Source of the DNA: Octopus bimaculoides
Taxonomy: Eukaryota
Length of the DNA stretch: 55,782 nt
Direction: 5' to 3'
Assembly: GCF_001194135.2 (NCBI RefSeq)
Contig: NC_068984.1
Span: forward strand, 68,989,670-69,045,451
In this document: positions 39,582 through 51,500 of the stretch, in pieces
Layout: every line of letters starts with the position of its first letter
Numbering within the stretch: position 1 is the stretch's first letter
The notes under the pieces: model-generated
Database searches by the model: none
What the model was told of the DNA's origin: nothing
Seen by the model: only the letters and a program-made list of their open reading frames with translations
Translations under genes and position numbers: made by a program

Positions 39582-41307
39582 CCGTGAATTTTGTTGTTTT
39601 TTGAAGAATACTAAGCGGAATTTTGTGCGAATACACCATCGTTGGGTGGAAGTGAATAATGGAAGAAAAGAAGAGTTACGCAGAAGCTACCGGAGGTCGA
39701 GATACCATAGATCCACGTGTGCTGAACCGAAGAAGATGGAGTAGAATGAGAAGTAGATAGCAAAAGAAGAGTCAAACATAAAAATGACCATGCCAGAGGA
39801 GGAAAAAAGAAAAATGGAAAGCAGAACGGTGACATTCAGAATATTTTCGAATGAAAATAGGAGAAGAGCATGTACCGCAGGAAGTGATAGAGGAAATATT
39901 GACGAAACGAATGAGTGAAGAGATAACCTTCTTTACAAGAGGAAGGGGATACGCGACTATAATAGTCACCATTGCATCAGAAGAGGAGGTGAAAATGAAC
40001 GACAATAGACTGATACTGGGAGAGAAATTGACGTTAATGCCGAACTGTCTGGACAAAAGAATCGTCAGGGTCAGGGTGGGAAGAATCCCACCATCGATAG
40101 ACCCGAAATGGGTGATAATCGCAAATTGTTAATTCAGAGCTGGTGAAGGGAAGTGAAAACCTGAAGATTTACATAGTAAGCAGAATTCAACAATTGAATT
40201 TTTGGGGATATGGTGTTGAAGTAATTTGCGCCGTAAGCCCAGAATATTATGATGAAATGGCGGAAATTGTGGAACTACCAAACGGCGAAAAACTGGAATT
40301 AATGTTGGAGGGGAGACCCCCAAAATGTTACGGGTGCGGTGAAAGAGGGTACCTGAGAAGGAAATGTCCTAGAACAGCAGTAGAAATGGTGGAAGAGAAA
40401 ATGTACAGGAAGAGATAGTGGTGGAAAAAGGCAGAAGCAGAGAACAGAATATGACGGGAATTTGGCGGAGGTAAAACCCAGGAAAAGAGAGAGAAGAAAG
40501 TCACTGATGACAGTGGAAGTGAAGAAGTGTAAAGGAATGGAAGAAGAAACTCAACCCACGACGAGAAACGGAGAAAATTTACCAGAAGAAGTACCAGAAA
40601 AGGAATTAAAAGTACAGAATCATTCACACCAGAAACGAGACGGCCCACAATTTCGGAAGCCTAAAGACATAGACACACAGACGAAACACGTAGAGTTGAA
40701 GTTAAGTGGACACACAGACACACAAAATACACGAACACACAGACTTAGAAACGGAAATACAAGAACCCATAAAACAGCAGGCAAACGGGAGCAAAAAGAG
40801 ACAACGTGAAAAGCACAAACGAAAAGAAAAATTATAGCGCGATAGGACACCCTGGCTTTAAAGGAGTAAGTGGTAAGTCATTATAATTCTGTAAAGACTG
40901 TAACTGAGAGAAATGATTGTTTGAATTTTTCAGGAAAAAAAAAGGAAAGATAATGTAAATTTGAAACTGTTAAATGAACAGGTTTCTTAAATTTTTTTTT
41001 TTTTAACACTGTAATAAACATTTGGTTTTCTTTTAGTTTAAGAAGAAAAAGGAGAAGAAAAGAAATAAGTAAGGACTGTATGAACATTAGTTTAAAAGGT
41101 TTATAATGGTAGGGCAAAAACGAAGTGCGACGTCGCGGTTTCGCCTCGGAGCGAGGCGAGAGATTGTGTTAAAGGAATATACGGATGGCCGACTCATTTG
41201 CTTTGTAAACATATTTATTTCACATTCATCCTTCATATATTTCATGTTTCCGCATGCCTTTGTATGTCCCCTCTGTAATAAGGCCTTGTGCCCGTAATAA
41301 AGAATTA
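39582..41307 (+). mobile_element. ORF1-only (gag-like, zinc knuckle) non-LTR element, L1/Tx1-like, with candidate 11-bp TSD
   Basis: ORF reconstructed from ATG 39784 to 40418 by removing two single-base insertions. LEGRPPKCYGCGERGYLRRKCP (CX2CX4[H>Y]X4C, 40326-40367), E/K-rich tail, no RT, aataaa at 41296. Flanks atctctagtag (39571-39581) / atctctagcag (41308-41318). Confidence 0.72.
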
Positions 41308-41326
41308 ATCTCTAGCAGATGGGTGT

Positions 41327-41375
41327 CCACCACTGAAGATGGTCACAAATAACTCGAAACTGGCCAGTTTGGTGG
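41327..41375 (+). ncRNA. Type I hammerhead ribozyme, near-intact
   Basis: ccacca-CTGAAGA-t-ggtcacaaataactc-GAAA-ctggccag-T-T-tggtgg. Perfect 6-bp helix I, intact core boxes, palindromic helix III actggccagt, GUU cleavage triplet, short imperfect helix II. Confidence 0.8.
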
Positions 41376-42068
41376 TTGCATCATCGTCGCTAGAAGCTGG
41401 TAGGGTTTGTTCCCCTGCTTGCAATATATCATGTGCAGATTGAATTGATAATAATCTGGAGGAAGCGTTCGCCAGAGGTTAAAAACGATAGTAACGAAAC
41501 TGCTGTCTTCAAGTGGCGATAAATACTACTTCTCAGTATAGTTATTACTTTCACCTCTTATAGAGATTTTCTAACTAGTTACTTTGCTTGTGTCTGTGTG
41601 TGTGTGTATACACATATATTTATGAGTGAGTATATAAACACGCATACATATATATATATATATATAAGTGTGTATGTGTGTGTGTGTACATGTATGCAGT
41701 ATATATACACGCTGCATTACATTGCAGATTAATTATTTAAATATATATCCTCTTAAGTCGTTTGCTTGTTTAAAATTGAGATTTATAAGTCCATCTCTCA
41801 CCCAGAAAGTGATATATCACTTAAAGAGCAGTTGGATTAACAACTACTTATGGCAAACGCAATTATTCAGTAGCTTACTAATTACTTTAGCAAGGTAATA
41901 AATGTTTTGCGATAATTTAGTAAAATTGTTATATTTTACGACTTTCTATTTCTGTGTTTCTCTAACACATCAAAGTTTAAAATTTACTGTTGACATTTTG
42001 AAAATGACAAATTTTAAACTGTAAAATCGATTGTAGATGTTTTTCTTTATGCATTCATATTGATCTGA

Positions 42069-42255
42069 AATATTGGTACAAGGCAAGAATTTCGAGAGAA
42101 GAGAATAACTCGATTACTTCGACCTCAGTGTTCAGCTGGTACCCCAAAAGATTAAAGGTAGAGTCAACCGCGATGGAATTTGAACTCAGAACTTAAAATC
42201 GGTAGAAATGTTGGTTTGCTAAACGTTTTTTTTACTAGCACCAGTTCGCCGCCTT
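42069..42255 (-). mobile_element. SINE (family of 54025-54237)
   Basis: Reverse complement starts aaggcggcgaactggtgctag, has gagttcaaattcc and ends gccttgtaccaatatt. Confidence 0.8.
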
Positions 42256-43013
42256 ATCAACATGCAGACATATTGCTACCAGTTAAACATCGGTTAAAAT
42301 AAAACGAAAAATTAAAGTAAAAAAATTCACTTTTGAAATTGACATTGGGGAATGCTCTTCGGATGGAATGAGATTTCCTATTTTTTCTCTTTCAAATGAC
42401 GACAGTAAAGTTTTTTTTAAATTATTCAAAATATCATAGTTAATTTTGACAATCATACATGGTTGCCGCATGACTGTGTGTGCTTGAGATGTTTCATTCG
42501 TAATTAGACGGTCTGTGATTGAATCGTATTGCGGGGCAATTTTGTATAATAGCTTTCTACAAAACCACAGGTCAACTAATTACTTATAGAAGAAAATTGT
42601 TAGATGGAAGTGCAGCTGAGGTACCGTTTCTATTAATAAATGGTATACTTCATCCACTCATGTTCTAACATTGCCTTTGGGAATCGTCAACAGACAACAC
42701 TTTAAATTCAGGCTAGAAATCCAGTAAATTACCACTAATTTAGGAAGATATGAAACATCATTAATGCTAGCATTCTTATCCAGACTAGCCATAATAAAAG
42801 GTGTGTGCTTTTTTTTAACTAGTCTCCATCAACGGACAAGAATCATACTGACCATTTGATCATATCAACCGCATTACTCTGTATTTGTCACTTTGGTACT
42901 TATTTTTATGGCTTTTTATTGGACCATTAGATAACAGAACATAAAAATATAAAGTCTGCATTTGTGTATATGTGTGTGAGTGTTTATGTGTGGGTGGAGT
43001 GTCTGTCTATACG

Positions 43014-44030
43014 TATCAGGTTGGTCAAAAATGTTTTTCGTAATTCGAGCTTTAATAAATAGTTCAAAGTAATTGCATATGAGAAGCCTTTATTTATCAC
43101 AATGTATACCATCATATTATATTGTCTGTTGCCTCCGTTGTCCCAGAAGCTCAATTCCACGCTTATATTATTTGGCCGGTTTAGAGACAAAAGATCCCCT
43201 GCGCCTGTTTTCATCCTCATCCACATTGATGAACAATAGGCCGTGCAGGAAATGAGCCATAGCACGGAAATGAGCCATAGCACGGAAAAGTTGTAATCTG
43301 TTGGAGAAACGTCTGAACATAGGCAAGGTGAGGCAGCAATTCTAGGCCCTCAATTTCTCCAAGTTTGCACTTAGTAACATTAGCAGTGTGTGCTGTGTCG
43401 ACGTCATGCAGTGGGAGTGCGCATCTTCGATTCACCAATGCCATGTAATGAGCTTTCAAAGCATCATATACTCGCTGCAGTCGTTGAGAATAAAAGTGAG
43501 CGTTCACAGCATCACCATATGGGACAAACTCAAATGGCAACAACCCTTCGAAATTCCGCCAAATACAGATGACCTACTGTTCAACCTGACATTGTTTGTT
43601 TGATAACCTGTCTGGAACGAAACCACTGAATTCTTTTATTGTGAAATTAGATCCATTTTTTTCTTTCCAGTTACAATTAGACGCCAAAAAAACGGGCACT
43701 TCGAGGATTTGCAAGCATTTTTTTGCAAGTGCTCACACGTCGTTGATCCTGGTCATAGGTTTGTTCCTGAGGAGCTTTTTGACAGCCTCTGTCCGCAAGG
43801 CCGAGTTTATGGCTATGGATTGATGGTGCTTTGTGAAAGACCAAGATCTACCAACAATGTGCGTGTGGTTGTGCTTGGCTGTTGTTCAACCATTTCAAAC
43901 AAGGCTTCATCTTCTTTGGTGTGTTTTCAGAGTTGGTGTCTTCTTCCTTGAAATGTTTGAACCCGTTTTGTGCTACACGTTTCTTTGGACCTTCCACGTC
44001 AATAATTTGTTTTGTCGCTGCTCATTTTCA
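43014..44030 (-). mobile_element. Mariner (DD34D) remnant, nearly full transposase, one clear TIR
   Basis: Minus strand EDEALFEMVEQQPSTTTR...WRLIVTGKKKWI...VICIWRNFEGLLPFE...VNAHFYSQRLQRVYDALK...LHDVDTAHTANVTK...LELLPHLAY. TIR tatcaggttggtcaaaaatg at 43014. Confidence 0.88.
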
Positions 44031-44099
44031 AAGCTGTAGAATAAAAAACATACAATTAATCTTTATATGTTATATAGGAAAATAATGAACAAACAGTTC

Positions 44100-44285
44100 A
44101 GCGATTGCTGTAGCAGCATTTCGTCCTGCTCTTTACGTTCTAGGCTCAAATTCTCGCAAGATCGATTTTACCTTTCATTATTTCGGTGTTGATTAAATAA
44201 GAACCAGTCTAGTACGGCGGAGATTATATAATCGACTTGCTTCCTACCCTCAAAATTATTGGCCTTGTATCAAAATTAAAAAGCA
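44100..44285 (+). mobile_element. Degenerate SINE
   Basis: gcatttcgtcc...gctcaaattctcgcaagatcgattttacctttcatt...aatcgacttgcttcc...ggccttgtatcaaaatt. Confidence 0.7.
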
Positions 44286-45423
44286 TTATGTAGGTCTAAT
44301 TGAGAAAGTAGTCTTCCCGACCGATCAAATATATAAAGAAATGAGTTCTGACAATCCAGTATTGTTGTTCAAGTATAGATTATGGACTTCTGTTTTTATT
44401 ATAGTAGATAATGGGCAGTGATTTCAGAGACGTTTGACACTTGGTTCTGGTGTTTGCTATTCAAATCAATAGACATATTTTCAATTTTGAAAAACATTAT
44501 GATCAAGAAATAAATAAAACGTGTTGAAACAAGAATTGAAACAGGTTTCTGAATTTTTAACTTTAGATTGCCTTTAGTTTACCTCTTATTTAAAGATATT
44601 GTTACCTTATGTAATGCAGATTACAAAATATAAAAGGAAAAGTTTTGCCAACTCATTTTCCCATTACTAATAAATTATCTGATATATGGTTGTTTTATAC
44701 GGACAATTTATGTCATAAAGAATTTTCTTCGTCATCGTTCATTGCCTTATAACCTGAACACAAATAGAAAAACTTTTGCCAACCTCAGAACAAATTTAAT
44801 TATGCATAGTGATCAATTTTCATCTATCTTCCAAATTCGTTTGATGCTAAGTTTTAGAACCTTTGAAAATGGATCTAAATACATATGCAGTTTCTTGCTG
44901 CCAAATATATTTAGCAATGACATCAATAAATTTCTGCATCTGTGTTTACTAACTAAGAATATCTTCATAGAATACTGTCAAAATGGACATGATGAATTTC
45001 TAAAGATAATCTATATGATTCTTTGTTATAGAGTTCCGATTCAAAATTGGTAAGCAGATGGGTGATAGATAATGACAAGAGTAATGATGGAAGTGACAAA
45101 AGCAATAATGATGATGATAGCGACAGTGGTGGCGTGGATAATGATGTTAAGGCAGTAAATTATTAATGCATTAGTCATCATCTTATTGAGCGTGTTTGTT
45201 TAAAACTAAAGTACAGTTACTAATGTTATTTTAATCAGCAGTCTGAACAAATGTTGAAATCAATCGTGTTACTCAACTAGAATCTAAATAAAAATATTAT
45301 TTATAATTTTATGGCGGTAAGTTGACAGAAATAGTGGTGCACCAGACCGGATCGGACTGATTCAGACTAAGAGCCTCGTTCTAGTACTGTCTTTCATTTG
45401 TCTGGATTGCTAGTTCAAATCAC

Positions 45424-45621
45424 ACTAAAGATATTTGCTATTCGACTTCCTGAAGTCGGTAAGATAAATACTAATAATATACTAGAAGGAAGTCAATGTT
45501 GAGATTTATGTTCCCAAACATTAGTTTCCTTGATTATCAAGTTCACAATAAGCATTAAATATGATGAGGTGAAATTGTGTGTTTAGCTTTTGTAGCTTAT
45601 CACACAATTTCAGGTAAAAAG
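45424..45621 (+). repeat. Copy 1 of a ~190-bp duplicated block containing two hairpins
   Basis: Aligns with 47260-47445 from ctaaagatattt to caggtaaaaag. Confidence 0.9.
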
Positions 45622-46239
45622 ATTATTTATTACGTGAGCATTGAAGTTGTTAGAAATAGTAGCTAGAACTCACTCAAATCACACCCTACTATTGTAAAAA
45701 GCAGGAAAGGCTTTGGAAATAATATTGCAGCACCAAATATGTCATTCCTGAGAGCAGAACGTGAAATAATGGCTGAGTCACATTTAATCATCTCAATCAC
45801 GGCTAAAATACAGGCTAAACAACAACGACGGAATTCTGAATCTGCCGGGGAACATCAACCAATTGCCGTGTAAGAAATGAAAATACACTTGACATCTTTA
45901 TAGTATAATAATATTGTAAGATAAAAGAAAAAGATGATACAAATATTCTTACATCCAAGAACTATTCTAACCATCCTCGTTCTATACTTAATGGTACTAG
46001 TAACATGTCATTTTCGTTTTCTGTGAGCAGAGATTACTAACTAGAAGTTCAGACTTTTTTCAATTTCCGGTGAAAAGAGCGGTATGAGAGGTTTCCTCTA
46101 CGTCCCCTATCCCAGTGCAGTGTTGTCAATTTCGAAAGAGAGAAGAAAAGGGAGAGAGAGAACAAGGAGAAGGAATTTGCGTTAATGTTAAATATATCTT
46201 TATCTATATAAATATAAGATAATATGTCATATACTCTTT

Positions 46240-46980
46240 AACTAGCTTCAGCTTGAGAGCAGCTGCCATGCTGGGGCACCGCTATTATCTTTGTTAGACC
46301 TTCATTACTTGATATGTAGCATTTGGTGGATGAGGAAGTTTGAAGCTGCTACCCTCATCTGTGCTTTTTGTTGCGAGGAATGCTCATCAAGAACTCTGGA
46401 CGGAAGGAAATCCAGTTTTGGGTTGGAGAAACCTACATCCACCCCATGCAAGTCTCTCCGGCTTTTGGGGGATACTGACGAGCAGTGAGCCCTTAACACC
46501 CAAGTTGTTGCAATATATGGTTCTGTATCTTGATGACGATGCTGGGATCTCTGGCACTGGTACCCCGTTCTGCTGTTTGTGTAACTTTCAATTCCAAAGT
46601 ACGTTACAAGCCTTTCCAGGAATTTTCAGATGCATATCAAAGTATGTCTTTCCTGCCTTTGTTTTAGGGAGTAGAGTCTTAACTTTTCCAGCGTTTCTAA
46701 ATAGCAGACATGTCGCATTGCAACGATCTACTTACTATGTGTATCTTCGCTGGATTGTTTCGAGTTCTGCCGTCAATTTTACACTGTTTGGTGGTCATAG
46801 CTGGGAGCAGTAGTCTAAGCAGCTGAGGATATATGTCCTCCAGAGAACCATCATGGTTTCCTGTTTTCTCGTTCTGATAGTTCTAAGCATCCATACAGCC
46901 AGTCGCCTGCATTTTATTGTCAACTTTGTAATATGAACCTGGAAACATACATCATTACATTATGAATAACAGTGGCCCTT
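46240..46980 (-). mobile_element. CR1/L2-type LINE 3' portion, 5'-truncated, with 3' tail
   Basis: Minus strand FQVHITKLTIKCRRLAVWMLRTIRTR...LWRTYILSCLDYCSQL*PP...LETIQRRYT, then LYSL..RQER; MRVAASNFLIHQ near the end; tail gcggtgccccagcatggc. Confidence 0.85.
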
Positions 46981-47259
46981 AGAAAGTGCCGAGTAGAACA
47001 TCAATCACTGTCTGTGTTTAATTAGAAGTGGATCAATTTGCCACCAATTCTTGGCTTCTGTCTTTTTAAAGGTCGTGCGGCCTCTCTCCAAACTTCCCGG
47101 TAACGCTAAGATCACACATCTTGTGACATATTATTCCATGTTTGTTTTAATCAAAGAGTTTTGCAAAGTCGAAATATATCTGGTCGACATTTAAGTTGTT
47201 GTGTAGCTGCTTTAATGCTCAGTCGTAGTGTTGTAAAAGCTGCCAATGTTATTGGATAA

Positions 47260-47445
47260 CTAAAGATATTTACTATTCGATTTTTGAAGTCGGTATGATA
47301 AATATTAATAGTATACTAGAAGAAATTACTTTCTCCTAGTATTTTCGATATTCATGCTTCCAAACCGTTTTCTTGATTATCAACATGATGAGGTGGAATT
47401 GTGTGTTTGGCTTTTGTAGCTTATCACACAATTTCAGGTAAAAAG
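47260..47445 (+). repeat. Copy 2 of the duplicated hairpin block
   Basis: Aligns with 45424-45621; the last 61 nt differ at only 2 positions. Confidence 0.9.
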
Positions 47446-48144
47446 CCTTATGAATTGCTGGCCTTGTGTCTAAAAAATCAGAAACAATAATCATTATTTT
47501 TTAACTGTTTCTTATCATTTATTGGACATTTATTCATAACTACATAAGTACGCAAAGATGGGGCTTAACCTCTTATATCTCATTAATTCAGGATTAGGAT
47601 TTAAAAGCTTAATACTCCTAAATCATTCCGTGTTTCTAAATCATAGCAACGACCCAATTGCCAGGTAGTGATGTTAAAATGGATTAGGTCTTCATAATTA
47701 TTGTTGTTCAATCTCAAGTCAACATAATTAGAGCAAACATATAATTAGAGTTTTTCACTCATGACTATCACGCCCGTTTGTGTTCTGGCGCTTTTATCGA
47801 GAGTGTACTCTTTTATTTTAAGGTAGTGTGAGTTATGATGTGCATTAGATTGAGTTTTATTTCTAGCAAGTTATCCGTCTGTTTGGGTCATTCCTTGTCG
47901 GCTCGGCGTAACAGAGAGTTAAAATACATTGGTTATTGACACAGCACAGCTCTTGCAATAAGTTAGAATCGCATGATGCTTCATAACGATGGTGTCTACA
48001 TGAGCGTGGTTTTCCACTGTGAGGTCTATTAGAGTAAATTATCCTGTAAATTAGATAGAAGACTATGGCAAACAGACAGATAGACGCACACACGCACATA
48101 AACACGCACATACATATGGGTATACACACATATGGCTATATACA

Positions 48145-48177
<33 letters not shown>

Positions 48178-48194
48178 ACACACACACACACACA

Positions 48195-48500
48195 CGTTTT
48201 CAACGGGTTTTTGATTCACAAGGATTTGCATCTCCCCTTGTCCATGGCCTGCATCCCCCTGCTTTCCGTAAATCCCATCCTCAGATCTACTCTGTCACTT
48301 CTTCAGACACTCTGTTTGTCATTTACTGGAGCACTGAACCTAACTCTTCTGCACTTCCAGGAGCGCAATATTATCGGCCAGGTCCTGATCCGTTAGGCAT
48401 CTATCTTCAGTGTACTGTTTCCGGCAGTTGGCACATTTATGGCTGTATGCTTCACAAACTCGGTGACAAGAAGAAACGATGAGAATGACTAGAGACAAAC
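48195..48500 (-). mobile_element. RTE-type RT fragment
   Basis: Minus strand RCLTDQDLADNIALL matches LTDLDFADDIALL. Confidence 0.55.
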
Positions 48501-51500
48501 CTGTTTCACTACTGTGGTGATAGCGCTCAACCAAAATGCTTGTCGTAACTTTATTTCATACCATACCAAGATACATGTCATCTGCGCCGAATTATTTTAT
48601 GGCAATAAAAATTTTGGGCGAGAATAGAGAGGTGCATCACACACTTACACTGGTCCAATGAAAACGTGAACAATGTTGTTCAGCTACGCTCTCACATCTA
48701 ACCAAATCCTTCCAGTTGCTAACATCTAGTCTAGTTTTCCAGTTTTGTGTACTTAGAAAAATAGACAAGATGTTAGCGACATGAATCGTATATGGCATCT
48801 ATGAGGTAACTCCACACATAAGAAAAAGCAGCTGTTCTCCACAAATGACCGTCTACTTTTGAATTAGAAGGACATGGGGGCCGATAATGGATTATATACA
48901 TGATGGTTTATTAACTAGAAATAACAGTCCCATCACACTTAAATTCTAGCTTACTGTGTCATAAAATATTAAAGTAAAACACTAGATAATGTGTTTTCCG
49001 TTCTAGTAAAGTAGACTATGATTTGAAGGAGATCAGCTGATTTTTCTAGAGTGTTGAGTGTTTTCACAGACGCTGTGTACGATCCATACATATTGTTTGA
49101 ATTTTTATGGCAATAAACTATAATCTAATGGAGATTGGCTGCTATTTGTAGCGGTTTGAGTCACGACATATATAGTTTGTTAGGTATCTTTCCAAAATTA
49201 AATAAAATAGAATGAAATTTAGACGAGATTTGACTGTTATTTCTAATAAGATTAAGCGCCAAATATACGCTCTCTCGTGAATTTGCTATTCTTCAATTGA
49301 GGGTGCCTTGCTGCTATTTCTAGCAAGCTAAATAATTATATGTGTTAGATCTTTGACACTGAGGTGTGGCTTGGAGTAATTTAGCTGTAAATGATTTTGT
49401 AGAAGTACTTTTGACATCTCAAACTGTAAAAGCTTTGGTTGGTAGCCTAAAGTCTTGTCAACTTGGCCAGCTGTGTATTTGCTTCTGAATCAGAAAATGC
49501 GTAAATTGATTACCAACAATTAGAGATTTCAATTAACTTGTTAAGAAGACACACAAGGAAAACAATGCATTGGTTTATTTTCCATTAAAATTACACAAAA
49601 GAAATAGATTTGTGTGTAGAAAATAAAATCAATGTATCATTATTGTTAAAGGTTTAATGAGTCCTCTAGGAAACAAACAAACAAAAAAATATATTGTTTT
49701 TTTAATCATTCAAGAGACAATTGTTCAATAGTAATTTAAATAGAACTGGAAATGTTTTGAGAAAGCAAAATATGGTGATAGAAAACCAAAGAAAAAAATG
49801 AAAACCACGTACATATTTACAAAAAAGCAACATTTAATTAGCGTTATCTTTTGAATATGTATATAATTATGTTGAAACCAATAACAAACAAAACATATAG
49901 AACGAACAACACACGGATAAATAAATTAAAAGGAATAAAACTATATGAAATATTTCATGAAGTATCTTACCGTCAACTAAATGTGACTGCCTTAAGAAAC
50001 ATAGCAGACGGTACCGACGTATGTATTGTTATATAATGCAGATACAACATTGAATGTTTACCCATCTCAACTGACATTTTGAAACTATTATTCAAAGCTA
50101 CATGCTTAAAACAACTATATGCAAGTTCTCTTTCTTTCTTACTTTTTCTTGCCTTTCTTTCTTCCTTTTATTATTATAATTATTATTTTTATTTTTTTTA
50201 TTTTTGCACAACAGTCTTTCCTTTACTTTTTATATTTTTCGTTTCAAGACAAGGTTTCAATGGGTTTTCTCTTTGGATCAACATTCGCTTTTCTTCGATG
50301 TGTTAAATAGCACGAACTTTGTTCAGTAACCAGAAGCTACGAAATGTATAACATGATGTACGATCGTATGTGTGTGTATTTCATTTTCATGCATACACAT
50401 GCATACAAGGTTATGAATGAGTTTCAGTTACATAGAAAAACATAAGTTTCTAGTTTTATATATATATATATTTTTTAGAAAGTTTTATTTATTTTTGTAT
50501 GAGTTCCTTTCAGTTAATTTGAAACAGGAAGGTTCCAAAATTCATCATCCGCATTTCAATATATTCACGCGCTCGTTTTCTAAATGTAATGATGTTGGCG
50601 TGTGTTCGACGCCGTTTTTACAGTAACGAGGCCAATGTGATTGCTGCTGAGAGTGCCACCGGAAATTTTATTATTTAGACTTATAGGTCATCAGATGAGA
50701 ACGTCAATAAAATTTTAAAGAAGTTTTTGTTCCAAATTAACGGAAAAAAATAACTCATTCGACAATGGGAGTGAGTGTAGGAGAGAGGAAAAAACAAAAC
50801 CGTGTGCGTGTTTGTTGCATTAAAAATTACAATTCTATGCTACTTTTGTCTTTTTTAATAAGTTGGCTTTTTTAGATATTTTCCAATTAGGTTCCTTTTG
50901 GTTAGTTTGAAACAGTAAATTTACCAAATCCATCACTAATTCTTCTAAGCGCTCCCATGTTTTCAAAGAATATTCAAAATGNNNNNNNNNNNNNNNNNNN
51001 NNNNNNNNNNNNNNNNNNNNNNNNNNNNNNNNNNNNNNNNNNNNNNNNNNNNNNNNNNNNNNNNNNNNNNNNNNNNNNNNNNNNNNNNNNNNNNNNNNNN
51101 NNNNNNNNNNNNNNNNNNNNNNNNNNNNNNNNNNNNNNNNNNNNNNTATGTATGTATGTATGTATATATGTATGTATATATATTTAAGGTTTTATATATA
51201 TATATGAGTGTGTGTGCACACGTGTGTATGTGTATGTGCATGCGTGTGTGTATGTGCATGCATTTATGCATGCAAATAGTTATGAATGTCTATACACGTA
51301 TACATATATTTATAAATTTGATAACTTGACAGTCATATCTCGTAATATAGCTATATATTGGAAAAGTATGCATATTTGCTTTTTTTTTTGCCGCAGACAT
51401 TGAAACCATTAACAAATCCCGACTGTTTGGCAACACAAATAACAGCTTTCTTTAGTTTTGTTTAAGGTTTCTTTGTCAAATCATTGTTCAGTTTTCATGT

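Noticed and set aside
47863-48045. Cys-rich minus-strand frame after a good acceptor (ctaatttacag)
   Set aside because: No recognisable cysteine pattern or partner exons.
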